From Felis catus (taxonomy: Eukaryota): 64,000 nucleotides of DNA. Within the stretch, counting starts at the first letter, position 1, and every line of letters starts with the position of its first letter. The notes beneath the pieces were generated by a model. It searched no databases. It was not told the origin of the DNA and saw only the letters and a program-made list of their open reading frames with translations. The translations under genes were made by a program, and so were the position numbers. The stretch lies in assembly GCF_018350175.1 (NCBI RefSeq), contig NC_058368.1, positions 202,928,001 through 202,992,000 on the forward strand, in the 5' to 3' direction. Shown one piece after another: positions 62,671 through 64,000 of the stretch.

Positions 62671-62907
62671 CACCTAAAAAGAACCAGGATCCAGCCTCAT
62701 ATAATATCCAGCCCCCTACCTGCATCAAAACAAAAAACAGCTTCTCACTGTTAAGTTACATAATCCAGGTTTATTTTCTCCTTAACAAGCTGGCAGGTTG
62801 GCAAAAAACAGTAGGTAATGGCAATATATTTTTAGGGGAAAAATTCTTCATATTCTGAGTATTAGTCTTTGATTCTCTTGAGAATAACATCCTTCCTGAA
62901 CTCATTT

Positions 62908-63142
62908 CGTATTTATTTATTTATTTAACTTGTTTTTATTTATTTATTTATTTATTTTTGAGACAGGGAGAGACAGAGCATGAACAGGGGAGGGTCAGAG
63001 AGAGGGAGACACAGAATCTGAAACAGGCTCCAGGCTCTGAGCTGTCAGCACAGAGCCCGACGCGGGGCTTGAACTCACGGACTGAGAGATCATGACCTGA
63101 GCCAAAGTTGGTCGCTTAACCAACTGAACCACCCAGGCGCCC
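62908..63142 (-). mobile_element. Can-SINE with (TAAA)n tail
   Basis: TSD CCTGAACTCATTT at 62895-62907 and 63141-63153. Confidence 0.96.
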
Positions 63143-63374
63143 TGAACTCATTTTTTAAAAGCCTTCTTCAGTTTAGTATAATCACTGAAAATGTCCATGT
63201 CAAAATACTATGGAGAAGTAATTACAAACAGAACTTTTAAGATATATTGTAATAAGTTTGGAAGAATAAACACATAATAAATATAATGTTTGTGTATACT
63301 ACATACACATACAAGAAGCTGGAGAAGGGAGAGTAAGATAGAGAAATAGGTCTAAAACCAAAAGCCCAGTTGCC

Positions 63375-63417
63375 GGGGGACGGCGGGGGGGGGGGGGGGG
63401 AGGTGGGGGTGGGGTGG
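63375..63417 (+). repeat. Poly-G tract / G-quadruplex-forming motif
   Basis: G5, G16, G5 and G4 runs separated by short loops. Confidence 0.8.
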
Positions 63418-64000
63418 AGACATTAATTAAGCAGAGAGTCTTACTACCCAAGGGAGTGAAAAGATGTCCGCCTGGCCCTTGCATGAAGGTTATGGGTATG
63501 GAGGGCATATGCTGATTTCAGAGAGGAATCAGGTTTCACGAGTTGGAGATGCAGAGGAAAATTATTCTATTTTCAATTGTGAATTAATTGGACACTGTTT
63601 ATAGTCATAGGTTTATTAGTAGAACTGAGTTACTTTATAATTCAAGTGTGAAAAATGACCTTTTCTTTAGAAAACAATGCTGGCCTTATATTTCTAATAA
63701 AAGATTCTCTCATGTAAATGATCTTGTACTGTGGGAGCAAATTATCTTTAGACCTTCAAAAGGTACTATTAATGTGAAACGTCCCACTCCAAGAAAGTTA
63801 GATATCTTTGCAAGAAGGAATAAAGTATCATTTTTTTCATAGTTGAAAATGTTTACATAGCACCATAAAATTGTGAATTTTAAAAATGCTAATTATTAAT
63901 AATTATTCTTTTTATTTTTAATTAGAATAGGTTTCTTTGAACTGAGAATAGACGTATTTAATATTTCATGCCAGTATCTGTGACTGTAAGAGGAAACATA

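Noticed and set aside
1..64000. CRISPR arrays, operons or other prokaryote-type systems
   Set aside because: The sequence is mammalian repeat-rich non-coding DNA, with no regularly spaced repeat-spacer array and no long intact ORFs.

Overview
This is AT-rich mammalian genomic DNA, almost certainly from a cat-family (felid) genome, judged from the diagnostic Can-SINE/SINEC_Fc sequences. It looks intergenic or deep-intronic. I found no recognisable host protein-coding gene, RNA gene or CpG island. The ORF track is explained by SINE, L1 and ERVL translations, microsatellites and chance ORFs. The window holds 28 Can-SINEs (five young, CpG-rich, with perfect TSDs) and a decayed L1 retaining both termini (28831-34543, minus strand). 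It also has a well-preserved 620-bp gammaretrovirus-like solo LTR, two ERVL relics, HAL1, a Tigger1 derivative, MER5, MADE2, MLT1, MIR, L2 and several microsatellites. I do not see a new gene system. The interesting signals are mechanistic. They include a five-part, doubly inverted L1 insertion bounded by one perfect 14-bp TSD, a TSD-flanked L1 fragment with no poly(A), and a possibly spliced L1 5'UTR. Two palindromic repair-like patches, two SINEs sharing one target site, an inverted SINE cluster and a few candidate small exons also stand out. Family names come from recalled consensus sequences, not a database search, and boundaries of old elements are approximate.
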